Source: a phage. Taken from it: 64,000 nt of DNA. Positions 45,898 through 57,915 of this stretch are shown piece by piece. A program made the translations under genes and the position numbers. The notes beneath the pieces were generated by a model. The model saw only the letters and a program-made list of their open reading frames with translations, did not search any database and had not been told where the DNA came from. How positions within the stretch are numbered: the stretch's first letter is position 1; each line of letters starts with the position of its first letter. The stretch lies in the sequence record PZ445440.1; one strand, given 5' to 3'.

Positions 45898-47630
45898 TGG
45901 AAATGATTAGCAGTAGCCTTAATTGGTTCGTGGGTGTTGTCGAGGACAGAATGGACCCATTAAAACAAGGGCGAGTTCGAGTGCGAGTAGTTGGTCTTCA
46001 TCCGGCACAGAGAGCACAAGGTGATGTACAAGGTATTCCTACAGAAAAACTTCCATGGATGACTGTTATTCAACCTATTACGTCTGCATCAATGTCAGGT
46101 ATTGGTGGTTCTGTTACAGGTCCTGTTGAAGGAACTCGAGTATATGGTCATTTCTTAGACAAATGGAAAACAAACGGGATTGTACTTGGTACATACGGCG
46201 GAATCGTACGTGAAAAGCCTAATAGACTTGAAGGTTTTTCAGACCCGACAGGCCAGTACCCGCGACGTTTAGGTAATGATACGAACGTATTAAACCAAGG
46301 TGGTGAAGCTGGTTATTATTCAAACTCTAATGTAATTCAAGATAACAACTTGGATTATGGTATAAACCCAGATGATACAGATTTAGCAAATATTCCAGAA
46401 GATGATGACCCTAATTTTACAATAACAGAAATGTTACGTCGTGACGAAGGTCTTCGTGATAAAGTGTATTGGGACCATCTCGGGTATCCTACAGTAGGTA
46501 TTGGACACCTTATCGTAATGGAAAAGACCCGAGATATGTCTCGAATTAATAAATTGTTATCCGATCAAGTAGGGCGTGAAGTAACAGGAAATCCGGGAAC
46601 TATTACATTAGAAGAAGCAACAGCGTTATTTGAGAAGGACCTTGCTAAGATGCAGAAAGACATTCGTTCTAATTCTAAAGTAGGTCCTGTTTATGCTAAA
46701 ATGAACAGATCTCGCCAAATGGCATTAGAAAACATGTGCTTCCAAATGGGCGTTGGTGGTGTAGCAAAATTCAATACTATGCTTAAAGCAATGGCCACAG
46801 GTGATTGGAAAACCGCATACAAATCTGGACGCGATTCGTTATGGTTCCAGCAGACTAAAGGGCGTGCTTCACGTGTAACAACAATTATTTTAACCGGTAA
46901 CATGGAATCATACGGTGTTCCTGTTAAAACACCACCTTCACCAGGAGTTGGTGCTGATTTAGTTACTAGAAATACCGATCCAGAAGACCCGGCTGGTCCT
47001 CCTGTTCCATTAGATTCACGCATCCTTTTTAAAGAACCGGAATCAAGTTATCGTGGTGAGTACCCATATGTTCATGCTATGGAAACAGAAAGTGGTCATA
47101 TCCAAGAATTTGACGATACTCCAGGTAATGAACGTTATCGCTTAGTTCATCCAACAGGGTCATATGAGGAAGTTTCTCCATCTGGGCGTCGTACTCGTAA
47201 AACTGTAGAAGACCTTTTTGACATCACTAATGGTGATGGGAACTTCTTGATTTCCGGTGATAAGCTTGTTAACGTTGGTGCTAATGAAATATATTATAAC
47301 ATGGCGGACCGCCTCCATCAAATAGACGGCAATGACACAATCTTTATTCGTGGCAACCAAGTTAAAACTGTTGAAGGTGATGGAACTCTTTACGTTAAGG
47401 GCAATATCAAAATAGTCGTTGACGGGAATGCAGATATTCTTGTTAAAGGTGATGCTAAGACTCAAGTTGAAGGGAATCATGACTACACTGTCAATGGTAA
47501 TGTTAAATGGACTGTCAATGGTAATGTTGATATGACTGTTGCTGGCAATTGGTCGGAGACAATGACTACAATGAGCTCAATAGCTTCAGGACAATACACT
47601 GTTGACGGATCTCGTATTGATATTGGGTAA
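45897..47630 (+). CDS. 5: baseplate hub / tail-associated lysozyme gp5
   Basis: 577 aa; lysozyme domain and C-terminal beta-helix VxGxxxx repeats. Confidence 0.95.
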   Translation: MEMISSSLNWFVGVVEDRMDPLKQGRVRVRVVGLHPAQRAQGDVQGIPTEKLPWMTVIQPITSASMSGIGGSVTGPVEGTRVYGHFLDKWKTNGIVLGTYGGIVREKPNRLEGFSDPTGQYPRRLGNDTNVLNQGGEAGYYSNSNVIQDNNLDYGINPDDTDLANIPEDDDPNFTITEMLRRDEGLRDKVYWDHLGYPTVGIGHLIVMEKTRDMSRINKLLSDQVGREVTGNPGTITLEEATALFEKDLAKMQKDIRSNSKVGPVYAKMNRSRQMALENMCFQMGVGGVAKFNTMLKAMATGDWKTAYKSGRDSLWFQQTKGRASRVTTIILTGNMESYGVPVKTPPSPGVGADLVTRNTDPEDPAGPPVPLDSRILFKEPESSYRGEYPYVHAMETESGHIQEFDDTPGNERYRLVHPTGSYEEVSPSGRRTRKTVEDLFDITNGDGNFLISGDKLVNVGANEIYYNMADRLHQIDGNDTIFIRGNQVKTVEGDGTLYVKGNIKIVVDGNADILVKGDAKTQVEGNHDYTVNGNVKWTVNGNVDMTVAGNWSETMTTMSSIASGQYTVDGSRIDIG

Positions 47631-47633
47631 TAT

Positions 47634-48149
47634 ATGGCACAAATACTTCCTTTAAATACCGACTTAGGAGAAGACATGGAAGGGGCGTCTATTGACGTCC
47701 TTTTTACTCCACAGTTAGAAACAACCGAAACTTTAGTGTCAATAAATATAACAGATTATGAGCCGACACAAGGCATTACGGTAGATGGTAATCGTTTATA
47801 TGGAACATATGAAAGTGTGTTTAGCTTTTCTTCGGATGCATTGAAATACCGATTAAATGATGATTTTGAAACCGCATCTTCATGGGATGATTTACCAAAA
47901 GATGAGTCCACACAGTTATATTTGTGGAGAGCTCCTCAGAATCTTCGTAAAGTGTTTAGTTATACGGTTGAAATGATTTATAACTACCAAGAAGAAAGTT
48001 CATCAGGCGGTTCTAGAAGTGACTCTGGTACAGAACCTCCGCCAGCTCCGATACAAAAAACTCTTACTAAGGTTTATACAAAAACTATAGTAGGAAATTG
48101 GAGCAAATGGGCTCAACAATTACGAAACTATGTTTATGCGAGGCCGTGA
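47634..48149 (+). CDS. 5.1: baseplate-associated protein gp5.1
   Basis: 171 aa ORF immediately after gene 5. Confidence 0.7.
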   Translation: MAQILPLNTDLGEDMEGASIDVLFTPQLETTETLVSINITDYEPTQGITVDGNRLYGTYESVFSFSSDALKYRLNDDFETASSWDDLPKDESTQLYLWRAPQNLRKVFSYTVEMIYNYQEESSSGGSRSDSGTEPPPAPIQKTLTKVYTKTIVGNWSKWAQQLRNYVYARP

Positions 48150-48151
48150 AA

Positions 48152-48445
48152 ATGTCTGGCTTAAGTTACGACAAGTGCGTTACAGCAGGTCATGAAGCAT
48201 GGCCTCCTACTGTAATAAATGCTTCCCAATCTAAAGTGTTCACCGGCGGTATTCCTGTTCTTGTGGCAGGAGACCAAATAACACCTCATACAGAAATTAA
48301 AAAACCATACGAGACTCATGGAGGTGTTACTGAACCTCGTACATCTAAAGTATACGTCACCGGTAAAAAGGCCGTTCAAATGGCTGACCCAATTTCATGC
48401 GGGGATACTGTTTCTCAGGCCTCGTCAAAAGTCTTTATAAAATAG
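48152..48445 (+). CDS. 5.4: PAAR-repeat spike tip protein gp5.4
   Basis: ORF track 48098..48445; ATG 48152 (MSGLSYDKC...); PAAR-like size and cysteines. Confidence 0.8.
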   Translation: MSGLSYDKCVTAGHEAWPPTVINASQSKVFTGGIPVLVAGDQITPHTEIKKPYETHGGVTEPRTSKVYVTGKKAVQMADPISCGDTVSQASSKVFIK

Positions 48446-48453
48446 GAATTAAA

Positions 48454-50424
48454 ATGGCAAACACTCCTGTAAATTATCAGTTAGTCAGAACAGCGAATGC
48501 TATTCCCGAGATTTTTATCGGGGGCACATTTGCCGAAATCAAACAAAACATTATCGAATGGCTCAATGGGCAGAATGAATTTCTTGATTATGATTTTGAA
48601 GGTTCACGCTTAAATGTATTGTGCGACCTTTTAGCATATAACACTCTTTACATCCAACAGTTCAGTAATAGTGCGGTGTATGAAAGCTTTATGCGTACTG
48701 CTAACTTGCGCAGTTCCGTTGTACAAGCGGCTCAGGATAATGGATATCTGCCTGCATCTAAATCGGCAGCACAAACAGAAATTATGCTCACATGTACGGA
48801 TGCATTAAATAGAAACTATATCACTATTCCACGTGGTACTCGTTTCCTGGCGTATGCTAAAGGTACTTCTGTAAATCCATATAACTTTGTTTCCACCGAA
48901 GACGTCATTGTAGTTAAAGACAAAAATAATCAATATTTCCCACGTCTTAGGTTAGCTCAGGGACGTATTGTTCGCACTGAATTAACATTTGATAAATTAA
49001 AACCTATCATTATTCGTGATAAGAACATCGACCGTAATTTGGTTAAATTGTATGTTGACGGAGCAGAATGGATTAACTGGACTCGCAAATCGATGGTTCA
49101 TGCTGGTTCTACTTCAACCATTTATTATATGCGAGAAACTGTTGACGGGAACACTGAATTTTATTTTGGTGAAGGTGAAATCTCTATTAGCACATCAGAA
49201 GGTGCTTTAACATCCAACTACATTGGTGGCCTTAAACCTGTCCAGGGTTCTAAAATCGTAATTGAATACATTTCTACTAATGGTGCTGAAGCAAATGGTG
49301 CAGTAGGATTCTCTTATGCTGATACATTAGCTAATATCACAGTTATTGGAATTAATGAAAACCCAAGTAATAACCCTGACTTCGTTGGTGCGGATGGTGG
49401 TGGCGACCCTGAAGATATTGAACGTATCCGTGAATTAGGTACAATTAAACGCGAAACTCAACAACGATGTGTGACTGCGACTGATTACGACACATTCGTC
49501 TCTGAACGATTTGGTTCTATTATTCAAGCGGTTCAGACATTTACAGATTCATCTAAGCCTGGATACGCATTTATTGCTGCTAAACCTAAGTCTGGGTTAT
49601 ATTTGACTTCCGTCCAACGAGATGATATTAAAAATTATCTTAATGAGTATAACTTAGGGACGATAACTCCTGTTGTTATTTCTCCTGATTATTTGTTTAT
49701 TAAAATGAATATTCGCGTTACGTATGCATTGAACAAATTACAGGAATCTGAACAATGGTTAGAAGGCCAAATTATTAATAAAATCGACCGGTATTATATT
49801 GAAGACGTGGAAATTTTTAACTCGTCATTCGCAAAATCTAAAATGCTAACGTATGTCGATGACGCAGATATTTCTATCATTGGTTCGTCTGCGACTATTC
49901 AAATGGTTCGCGAGGTACAGAACTTCTACAAAACACCTGAAACAGGTATTAAATACAATAACCAGATTAAAGATAGAACATTAGAATCTAACGTGTTTTC
50001 ATTTGATAGTTTACGCGTTGACCCTGAAACGGAAGCTACTATTAAATACGACGTTCGCATTGTAGGTTCAGATAGAAATGACCGCGGCATTGGACAAGTT
50101 ATTATTGGTCCGTTTGCAGATGGCGACGTTATAGAAAACGCTTATATTCAACCATATACTGGTGACGATTTTAATAAACTTCATGTTACGGACGGAAGAA
50201 ACAAATATTACTCTATAGGTGAAGTAAATTATCCGGCTGATTCAATTTATTGGAATATAGCTAAAATTGATTTAACTTCTGATAGGTTTGAAGTTCAAAC
50301 TATTGAACTCTATTCAGACCCAGCTGATGATGTTATCTTTACTAAAGACGGGTCATTAATTGTATTTGAAAATGACTTACGTCCACAATATTTAACCATA
50401 GATTTGGAGCCTATTTCACAATGA
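48454..50424 (+). CDS. 6: baseplate wedge protein gp6
   Basis: ORF track 48397..50424; ATG 48454 (MANTPVNYQL). Confidence 0.92.
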   Translation: MANTPVNYQLVRTANAIPEIFIGGTFAEIKQNIIEWLNGQNEFLDYDFEGSRLNVLCDLLAYNTLYIQQFSNSAVYESFMRTANLRSSVVQAAQDNGYLPASKSAAQTEIMLTCTDALNRNYITIPRGTRFLAYAKGTSVNPYNFVSTEDVIVVKDKNNQYFPRLRLAQGRIVRTELTFDKLKPIIIRDKNIDRNLVKLYVDGAEWINWTRKSMVHAGSTSTIYYMRETVDGNTEFYFGEGEISISTSEGALTSNYIGGLKPVQGSKIVIEYISTNGAEANGAVGFSYADTLANITVIGINENPSNNPDFVGADGGGDPEDIERIRELGTIKRETQQRCVTATDYDTFVSERFGSIIQAVQTFTDSSKPGYAFIAAKPKSGLYLTSVQRDDIKNYLNEYNLGTITPVVISPDYLFIKMNIRVTYALNKLQESEQWLEGQIINKIDRYYIEDVEIFNSSFAKSKMLTYVDDADISIIGSSATIQMVREVQNFYKTPETGIKYNNQIKDRTLESNVFSFDSLRVDPETEATIKYDVRIVGSDRNDRGIGQVIIGPFADGDVIENAYIQPYTGDDFNKLHVTDGRNKYYSIGEVNYPADSIYWNIAKIDLTSDRFEVQTIELYSDPADDVIFTKDGSLIVFENDLRPQYLTIDLEPISQ

Positions 50425-53400
50425 CAGTAAAAGCGCCAGCAGTCACGAGTCTCAGATTATCTAAATTGTCCGCAAACCAAGTTCAAATTCGCTGGGATGA
50501 GGTTGGCGCTAATTTCTACTATTTTGTGGAAATAGCTGAGACCAAAACAGCTAATGGGGAAGCAATTCCCCGTAATAGCTATAGATGGACTAATTTAGGA
50601 TATACCGCTGATAACAATTTCTTTGAGTCTGGTTTAAATTCATTAACAACATATATGATGCGTGTGGCTACAGCAGCGGAGGGATTTGAGCAGTCTGATT
50701 GGAGATATACCGAAGAGTTTGAAACATTTGAAATAAACGCTTATACATTCCAACATATGATTGAAATGCAATTAGCTAACGAGTTTATTTCTGAAAAATT
50801 TACAAAAAATAATACCAACTACGTTGATTTTAATAATGACACGATCATGGCAGCACTGATGAGCGAGTCGTTCCAATTTAGTCCTGCATACACCGATGTG
50901 TCATCGATTAGAAATTTTATAATTGGCGAAAATCAGTATCATGAAATCCAGGGGCATATCCAGGACGTATGTAAAGATATAAATCGAGTATATCTAATGG
51001 AATCTGAAGGAATTCTTTACCTTTTTGAAAGATTCCAACCTATTGTAAAAGTGTCTAATGATAAAGGCCAAACATGGAAAGCGGTTAAATTGCTTAATGA
51101 CCGTGTAGGATATCCACTTTCACGAACCGTATATTACCAATCAGAATATACGACGTATTTGCTCGGCTATGATAAGATTTTTTACGGGCGTAAATCATCC
51201 GATATTCGTTGGTCTGCTAATGATGTTCGTTTCAGTTCACAAGATGTAACATTTGCTAAAATCGGGGACCATTTAAATTTAGGTTTTGATGTAGAGATTT
51301 TCGGTACATACGCGTCATTACCAGGAAACGTATCACGTATTGCAGAAGCTATTACTTGTAATGATGACTATGTTTATATTGCGGCCAGAGATAAAGTTCG
51401 CTTCGTTAAAACCAGTAACGCTCCTATTGATTCAAATCCATTATCTCCGACCTATTCCGAACGGTTGTTTGAACCTGAGACGTTTACAATAACAGGCAAC
51501 CCTAAAGCAGTTTGTTATAAAATGGATTCTGTTGGTGGAAGAATATTCGCTCTTATTATTGGTGAAGTCGAAAACGTTAATGACGACCCAAGAACAAAGC
51601 CTATTTTGGATTCCGTTGATAAAGGTGTATACGTTTTAGACCATGACGCTGGAACATTTAAAAGGATATTTGGTAACACAGAAGAAGAACGCCATCGTAT
51701 AGAACCGGCTTTCACCAATATGTCTACTGATGGTGTTGAGCTTTATATCTCTTCTAGTAATTTTAAATTTTTAGAATCTGATATTGTTGACGACCCAGAA
51801 ACGCAATCTAAGTATGGACTTTTAGGAGCAGTTAAGTATGAATATCCTAGAGAATGGCTCGCAGATAAACATTACCATATGATGATTTTCGCATCAAACG
51901 AAGAAAGTAATTGGGAAACTTTTTCACCAACTCCTATGCAGTATTATGCAGAACCTTTCTTTAGTTATTCTAGAAAATCAGGCACACGTTCTTGGATTAA
52001 TAACTCTGATAGAGCGGTAGTGATTTATTCTGATTTGCTTTACACAAAGGTAGTGGAAGGCCACCCTAGCACTTCACCTGATCGTAAAGTTCATGAATAC
52101 TGGAATGATGGTGATTGTAAGATTGTTATGCCGAATATAGAATTCACCGGATTTAAAAAATACGCATCTGGTATGTTGTTTTATAAATCATCAGGTGAAA
52201 TAATTTCATATTACGATTTTAGTTATCGTGTTAGAGATAACGTTTCTATAATTTGGAAGCCCACTAACGTATTCTTGACCGCCTCATTACAAAACCAAGA
52301 AAAAGAAACTTCTTGGGTTCCTGTTGAAGAGACAGGTCTAGCTGACCCGGATTTACGCCCATTACTCACTACAATGATGCCAGAGTCTTATCTGTTGGAT
52401 AATACAAACTTTGAAGCATTTTGTGAAGCGTATATTCAATATCTTTCTGATGGATACGGGACTCATTATAATAACTTATTGAATTTGATTAAAAATAAAT
52501 ACCCACGAGAAGAACACGCATGGGAATATCTTTGGTCCGAAATTTATAAACGGAACATTTATTTGAATGCTGAGAAACGTGATTTAGTTTCTAGGTTCTT
52601 TGAGTCCAGAAGTTATGATTTTTATTCTACTAAAGGAACTGAAGCGTCGTATAAGTTTTTGTTTAAAGTTCTTTATAACGAAGACGTTGAAGTGGAAATT
52701 GAGTCATCTGCTGGAACAGAGTACGATATCATAATTCAATCTGATTCTATAAGTGAAGATTTGGTTGGGCAAACTATATACACCGCTACAGGTAGATGTA
52801 ATGTTACATATTTAGAAAGAAGCTATTCTAAAGGTAAATTACAATGGACTGTGACTATTCATAACCTTTTAGGTAGGCTTTTAGTCGGTCAAGAAGTAAA
52901 AGCCGAAAGACTAGCAGATTTTGAAGGTGAAATAGTTCGCGGTATTAAAGGTAAAGAACTTGCCCAAAACACTATCGATTATTTTAATCGTGGTAGAGCT
53001 TATTACGTCATGAAAATAAAGTCAAATCTTCCGTCCTCTCGTTGGAAATCTGACGTACTACGTTTTGTACATCCGGTAGGATTTGGATTTATTGCAATAA
53101 CCTTATTAACAATGTTTATTAATACAGGATTAACGCTTAAACATGTTGAAACTATTATTAATAAATATAAAAATTATAAGTGGGATTCCGGACTGCCTAC
53201 GGAATATGCAGACCGCGTCGCTCGTTTAGACCCTCAAGGTAATGTAGAATTCAATCCTGTTACAGGTGAAGTAATTTATGATGCTGGTCCTTATGCTGGT
53301 ATCGAATACCCTTTACCTGCAAATTATAACGAAGAAAATGATAACTCTATTTTCCAAGGACAATTACCGTCTGAACGACGCAAGCCAATGAGCCCATTAT

Positions 53401-53519
53401 TTGATGCATCAGGTACAACGTTCTCTAGATTTAGAGAGCTTGTTAATGAAAGATTGTTAGATAACGTGGGAAATCCTAGAGACCCGATTAATCCACCACA
53501 GGTTAAATTAGATGAATGA
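50421..53519 (+). CDS. 7: baseplate wedge protein gp7
   Basis: 1032 aa, same length as T4 gp7; ATGA overlap with gene 6. Confidence 0.95.
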   Translation: MTVKAPAVTSLRLSKLSANQVQIRWDEVGANFYYFVEIAETKTANGEAIPRNSYRWTNLGYTADNNFFESGLNSLTTYMMRVATAAEGFEQSDWRYTEEFETFEINAYTFQHMIEMQLANEFISEKFTKNNTNYVDFNNDTIMAALMSESFQFSPAYTDVSSIRNFIIGENQYHEIQGHIQDVCKDINRVYLMESEGILYLFERFQPIVKVSNDKGQTWKAVKLLNDRVGYPLSRTVYYQSEYTTYLLGYDKIFYGRKSSDIRWSANDVRFSSQDVTFAKIGDHLNLGFDVEIFGTYASLPGNVSRIAEAITCNDDYVYIAARDKVRFVKTSNAPIDSNPLSPTYSERLFEPETFTITGNPKAVCYKMDSVGGRIFALIIGEVENVNDDPRTKPILDSVDKGVYVLDHDAGTFKRIFGNTEEERHRIEPAFTNMSTDGVELYISSSNFKFLESDIVDDPETQSKYGLLGAVKYEYPREWLADKHYHMMIFASNEESNWETFSPTPMQYYAEPFFSYSRKSGTRSWINNSDRAVVIYSDLLYTKVVEGHPSTSPDRKVHEYWNDGDCKIVMPNIEFTGFKKYASGMLFYKSSGEIISYYDFSYRVRDNVSIIWKPTNVFLTASLQNQEKETSWVPVEETGLADPDLRPLLTTMMPESYLLDNTNFEAFCEAYIQYLSDGYGTHYNNLLNLIKNKYPREEHAWEYLWSEIYKRNIYLNAEKRDLVSRFFESRSYDFYSTKGTEASYKFLFKVLYNEDVEVEIESSAGTEYDIIIQSDSISEDLVGQTIYTATGRCNVTYLERSYSKGKLQWTVTIHNLLGRLLVGQEVKAERLADFEGEIVRGIKGKELAQNTIDYFNRGRAYYVMKIKSNLPSSRWKSDVLRFVHPVGFGFIAITLLTMFINTGLTLKHVETIINKYKNYKWDSGLPTEYADRVARLDPQGNVEFNPVTGEVIYDAGPYAGIEYPLPANYNEENDNSIFQGQLPSERRKPMSPLFDASGTTFSRFRELVNERLLDNVGNPRDPINPPQVKLDE

Positions 53520-54516
53520 TTCAAGTGTTGTCTATCGTTCGATAGTTACTTCAAAATTTAGAACTGAAAAAATGTTGAATTTCTACAATTCAATAGGTGA
53601 TGGTGATAATAAAAACACCATCTTTATAACGTTTGGTCGGTCTGAACCATGGGCTGCTAATGAAAATGAGGTGGGCTTCGCCCCGCCGTATCCAACAGAC
53701 TCGGTTTTAGGCGTAACAGATATGTGGACTAACATGATGGGTTTAGTTAAAGTTATCCCATCTATGTTAGACTCGGTTATTCCTAGACGTGACTGGGGAG
53801 ATATTCGTTATCCGGACCCTTATACATTCAAAATAAATGATATAGTCGTATGTAATACAGCCCCTTATAATGCTACTGAAGTCGGGGCTGGATGGTTAGT
53901 ATATCGTTGCGTAGATGTTCCTGATGTTGGGATGTGTTCTATTGAGTCTCTCGACAACAAAGAAGAATGTCTTAAATTAGGTGGTAAATGGACTCCATCT
54001 GTTAGGTCTTTAACCCCTCCTGAAGGCCGTGGAGATGCTGAAGGGATTATCGAAGTTGGTGATGGATATATATGGGAGTATCTTTATGAGATTCCACCTG
54101 ATGTGTCTATAAACCGATGTACTAATGAATATATAGTCGTTCCATGGCCGGAAGAAGTTAAAGAAGACCCTGCTCGTTGGGGATATGAAAACAATCTAAC
54201 CTGGCAACAAGATGATTTTGGCCTTGTGTATAGAGTTAAAGCAAACATAATTCGTTTTAAAGCCTATTTAGACTCAGTTTATTTCCCTAATGCAGCACTG
54301 CCTGGTAATAAAGGATTTAGACAAATTTCTATTATCACAAACCCGTTGGAAGCTAAACTCCGTCCTAATGACCCTAATATAAAAGCTGAAAAGGATTATT
54401 ATGACCCTAGAGATTTACAGCGTCATTCTGGTGAAATGATTTATATGGAAAACCGTCCACCTATTATTATGGCAATGGACCAAACCGAAGAGATCAATAT
54501 TTTGTTTATGTTCTAA
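53512..54516 (+). CDS. 8: baseplate wedge protein gp8
   Basis: 334 aa, same length as T4 gp8. Confidence 0.95.
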   Translation: MNDSSVVYRSIVTSKFRTEKMLNFYNSIGDGDNKNTIFITFGRSEPWAANENEVGFAPPYPTDSVLGVTDMWTNMMGLVKVIPSMLDSVIPRRDWGDIRYPDPYTFKINDIVVCNTAPYNATEVGAGWLVYRCVDVPDVGMCSIESLDNKEECLKLGGKWTPSVRSLTPPEGRGDAEGIIEVGDGYIWEYLYEIPPDVSINRCTNEYIVVPWPEEVKEDPARWGYENNLTWQQDDFGLVYRVKANIIRFKAYLDSVYFPNAALPGNKGFRQISIITNPLEAKLRPNDPNIKAEKDYYDPRDLQRHSGEMIYMENRPPIIMAMDQTEEINILFMF

Positions 54517-54520
54517 TTTA

Positions 54521-54545
54521 GGGAGACTTCGGTCTCCCTTTCGTG
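54521..54545 (+). terminator. terminator-like hairpin GGGAGAC-ttcg-GTCTCCC after gene 8
   Basis: Perfect 7-bp stem followed by TTTCG. Confidence 0.5.
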
Positions 54546-54553
54546 TATAAATA
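54546..54553 (+). promoter_or_regulatory. T4-type late promoter TATAAATA (for gene 9)
   Basis: Exact octamer about 26 nt upstream of gene 9 ATG. Confidence 0.6.
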
Positions 54554-54578
54554 GTATAAACTATTAAGGATTAGCCAC

Positions 54579-55442
54579 ATGTATATTCAAACTCCAAAAC
54601 AATTGATTGACGTTGGCGAAATTGGTAACGCTTCTACAGGCGATATCCTTTTTGACGGCGGTGTTAAAATAAACAATGATATAAATGCTATTTACAATGC
54701 GTTTGGTGACCAACGAAAAATGGCAACTGCTAATGGGACAGGACCAAATGGACAAATAATCCATGCCACTGGATACTACCAAAAAGGAGGCCCTACTGAT
54801 TATTTCACCCCTGTTCCAGTAGGAAGTAGACACGACATAGATGCTTCTACCGGTGGTGTTATTGTTACTGTTGCTAGAGGTGAACTCGGCGATTCCGTGG
54901 AATTTATAAATTCAAACGGGTCAATTTCTGTAAACAACCCATTAAGTATCCAAGCATTAGATTCTATTAAAGGTGTTGCAGGTAATTTAGTTATAACTAC
55001 ACCTTATACTAAAGTTACTCTTCGTTGTATTTCTTCTGGTGCAGGCGGTTCAATATGGGATTATTCTACAGAAAGTATGTTTAGTCATACCGAAATTCCT
55101 GTAGACGGGACATGGAATATTATTTCAGACTATGTCAATATTCCTCTATTTTATAAAACTGAATATAATGCTGCTAAACTTTTGGTTACATGCCAATCTG
55201 CCAACGGCAGAAAAATTAAATCATGCGAAATAAATATTCTAATAGATACAATTAATTCAAGAGTTATTTCAACCGAATACGCAGTGATGCGCGTTGGTAA
55301 TGATAACGAAGAAGATGAAATTGCGAATATTAGTTTTTCGATAATTAACAATTTTGCCACTATGACAGTTTCTTCACATATAAATGGTCTTCGAGTGGCA
55401 GCTAAAGTTATTTCAACTCAGAAAATTAGGGTCGCTCAATAA
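54579..55442 (+). CDS. 9: baseplate wedge / long tail fiber socket protein gp9
   Basis: 287 aa; IDxGEIGNASTGDILFDGG matches T4 gp9. Confidence 0.95.
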   Translation: MYIQTPKQLIDVGEIGNASTGDILFDGGVKINNDINAIYNAFGDQRKMATANGTGPNGQIIHATGYYQKGGPTDYFTPVPVGSRHDIDASTGGVIVTVARGELGDSVEFINSNGSISVNNPLSIQALDSIKGVAGNLVITTPYTKVTLRCISSGAGGSIWDYSTESMFSHTEIPVDGTWNIISDYVNIPLFYKTEYNAAKLLVTCQSANGRKIKSCEINILIDTINSRVISTEYAVMRVGNDNEEDEIANISFSIINNFATMTVSSHINGLRVAAKVISTQKIRVAQ

Positions 55443-57256
55443 TGAAACAAAATATTAAAATTGGGAACGTCGTTGATGACGGACAAGGCGATTACCTTCG
55501 TCGTGGTGGTGCAAAAATTAATGAAAACTTTGATGAGTTGTATTATGAATTAGGCGATGGTGAAGTTCCATATTCCGCCGGTGCCTGGAAAACATACCAT
55601 TCTTCAGATGGACTTAATTTAGCTGCTGAATGGGGTAAATCATACGCAATTGATACTTCAACAGGGCGTGTTTCTATAAATTTACCTAAAGGAACAGTGG
55701 AAGATTATAATAAAGTAATTAGAGCCCGTGATGTATTCGCCACATGGAATATTAACCCTGTAACATTAATTGCTGCCAGCGGTGATACTATTAAAGGTTC
55801 TTCTAGCCCAGTAGAAATCAATGTGCAGTTTTCAGACTTAGAATTAGTTTACTGTTCTCCTGGGCGCTGGGAATACGTTAAAAATAAACAAATAGACAAA
55901 ATTACTAGTTCTGATATTAGTAGTGTAGCTCGTAAAGAATTTTTAGTCGAAGTTCAAGGTCAAACTGATTTTCTTGATGTATTTGGGCCTGTTTCTTATA
56001 ATGTGAATAATATCCGTGTAAAACATCGTGGTAACGAATTATACTACGGTGACGTGTTCAGTGACAATAGTGACTTTGGTTCTCCAGGAGCTAATCCTGG
56101 TGAAATCGTTGCATTAGATGGTAAAAACATCCGTTTAAGACAACCATGTAATATCGGCGACACCGTACAAATTGAAACCTTTTTAGATGGGATTACACAA
56201 TTACGTAGTTCTTATTCTCGCCGCCAAATACGTATTTTAGATTCGAAATTAACAACCCGTCCTTCCTTAGAAGGAAGTGTATATGTCGCGGATTTGTCAA
56301 CTTTGAAATCTATTCCTTTTTCGGCATTTGGAGTTAATCCTTCAGAACCGGTCAATACCAATTCTTTAGAAGTTCGTTTTAACGGTATTCTTCAAGAATT
56401 AGCTGGTACTGTTGGTTTACCTATGTTCAGATGTGAAGGTGCTGATGCAGAAACTTCTACCGAGTGTTCAGCTTTAGGTGGGACTTGGGTTACATCTAAC
56501 ACCGATTATTCTATTGAATATGATGATAACGATGCAACTATTGCACGTGCTTTAGTCTTTGACCGTAAGTTTGAAGACCAAGACATTATTGATATTACAT
56601 GGTTTAATAACGATTTAGGCACTTTATTAAGTATCGATGACATTTTAGATACAACTGATGAAAGGTACGTCGCACAAGGTGCAGCCGTAAATGTGACCGG
56701 CGATGTGGCTTTGACCGATTTCAATAATATCGGATGGCCTAATGTAGAATCTGTTCCTGCATATAGCAGGGAATTCTCGTCTATTGCAAATATTTTTAAC
56801 ACCATTTACCCTGTCGGTACTATTTACGAAAATGCAGTGAACCCTAATAACCCAGCCACGTATTTAGGATTTGGCTCTTGGAAATTATGGGGACAAGGAA
56901 AAGTATTAGTTGGATGGAACGACGATATTAGCGATCCTAATTTTGCATTAAATAATAACGACCTTGATTCTAGCGGGAATCCTACACATACCGCCGGTGG
57001 AACAGTCGGAACAACGTCTAACACACTAACTAATTCTGATTTACCTCCTACTCAAACTGACGAGAAAGTTCTTATTTCCGATGAGAACGGTACAATTATT
57101 ATTGGTGGTTGTCAATACGACCCTGATGCAGAAGGTCCTATATACACCAAATACCGTGAAGGCCACGCCACAACGAATAGTACACACATACCGCCTCAAG
57201 CCGTAAATAATATTCAACCGTCAATTACCGTATATCGTTGGGTAAGGATTGCATAA
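55442..57256 (+). CDS. 10: baseplate wedge protein gp10
   Basis: 604 aa; TAATG overlap with gene 9. Confidence 0.95.
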   Translation: MKQNIKIGNVVDDGQGDYLRRGGAKINENFDELYYELGDGEVPYSAGAWKTYHSSDGLNLAAEWGKSYAIDTSTGRVSINLPKGTVEDYNKVIRARDVFATWNINPVTLIAASGDTIKGSSSPVEINVQFSDLELVYCSPGRWEYVKNKQIDKITSSDISSVARKEFLVEVQGQTDFLDVFGPVSYNVNNIRVKHRGNELYYGDVFSDNSDFGSPGANPGEIVALDGKNIRLRQPCNIGDTVQIETFLDGITQLRSSYSRRQIRILDSKLTTRPSLEGSVYVADLSTLKSIPFSAFGVNPSEPVNTNSLEVRFNGILQELAGTVGLPMFRCEGADAETSTECSALGGTWVTSNTDYSIEYDDNDATIARALVFDRKFEDQDIIDITWFNNDLGTLLSIDDILDTTDERYVAQGAAVNVTGDVALTDFNNIGWPNVESVPAYSREFSSIANIFNTIYPVGTIYENAVNPNNPATYLGFGSWKLWGQGKVLVGWNDDISDPNFALNNNDLDSSGNPTHTAGGTVGTTSNTLTNSDLPPTQTDEKVLISDENGTIIIGGCQYDPDAEGPIYTKYREGHATTNSTHIPPQAVNNIQPSITVYRWVRIA

Positions 57257-57915
57257 TGACCATACTTAATACTAAAGCGGGAGTAATATCCCGCGAAGCA
57301 GATTTTTTAGGATTTAGAAAAAATCCTACTCAAATTGATATTTTAAACAACCAAGGCGTAGGTTCTGTAACCATTTCTCAATTGGCAAAAGGATTCTACG
57401 ATGATAACGTAGAATCTGCAATAAACGATGTTCATAATATTGCTAGAGCAGATGTAGGAACAGTTACAATTAACACCTCAGGTGTATCTCCTGAAGGAAC
57501 TTCACAGGTAGATTATTGGTCCTTTAGTGGAAGTGTAACTGACCCTAGTTTGCCCGATGGAAGCCCTGTTATTGTAAAAGTTTACGGGCTTCCTGTTAAT
57601 GCTACTGTAGGTATGACAGCCGACGAATTTGTTGTACAATTACGTACTACTCTCCGGAATGCGATTTCCGACCAATTGGCTATTGCAGAGTATAAAGATG
57701 ACCCTAATGTTGGGACTAAATTACAAATAACATATTTAGATAACCAAAGACACGTACTCCCAACGTATTCCTCTTATGGTATCACGGTTTCTCAAGAAAT
57801 AGTGTCTCAGGCTAAGTCCGGGTATGGCACTTGGAATTTACTAGGTGCGCAAACCATTACTCTTGACAACCATACTTCACCTACAACCTTTTATTATTTT
57901 GTGAGAACCGCATGA
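57256..57915 (+). CDS. 11: baseplate wedge protein gp11 (short tail fiber attachment)
   Basis: ORF track 57238..57915; ATG 57256 overlapping gene 10 stop; strong match to recalled T4 gp11. Confidence 0.9.
   Translation: MTILNTKAGVISREADFLGFRKNPTQIDILNNQGVGSVTISQLAKGFYDDNVESAINDVHNIARADVGTVTINTSGVSPEGTSQVDYWSFSGSVTDPSLPDGSPVIVKVYGLPVNATVGMTADEFVVQLRTTLRNAISDQLAIAEYKDDPNVGTKLQITYLDNQRHVLPTYSSYGITVSQEIVSQAKSGYGTWNLLGAQTITLDNHTSPTTFYYFVRTA

Noticed and set aside
46691-47480. Minus-strand ORFs inside gene 5 (46691..47023, 47160..47480)
   Set aside because: Antisense to a conserved structural gene; the beta-helix repeat DNA creates long spurious frames.
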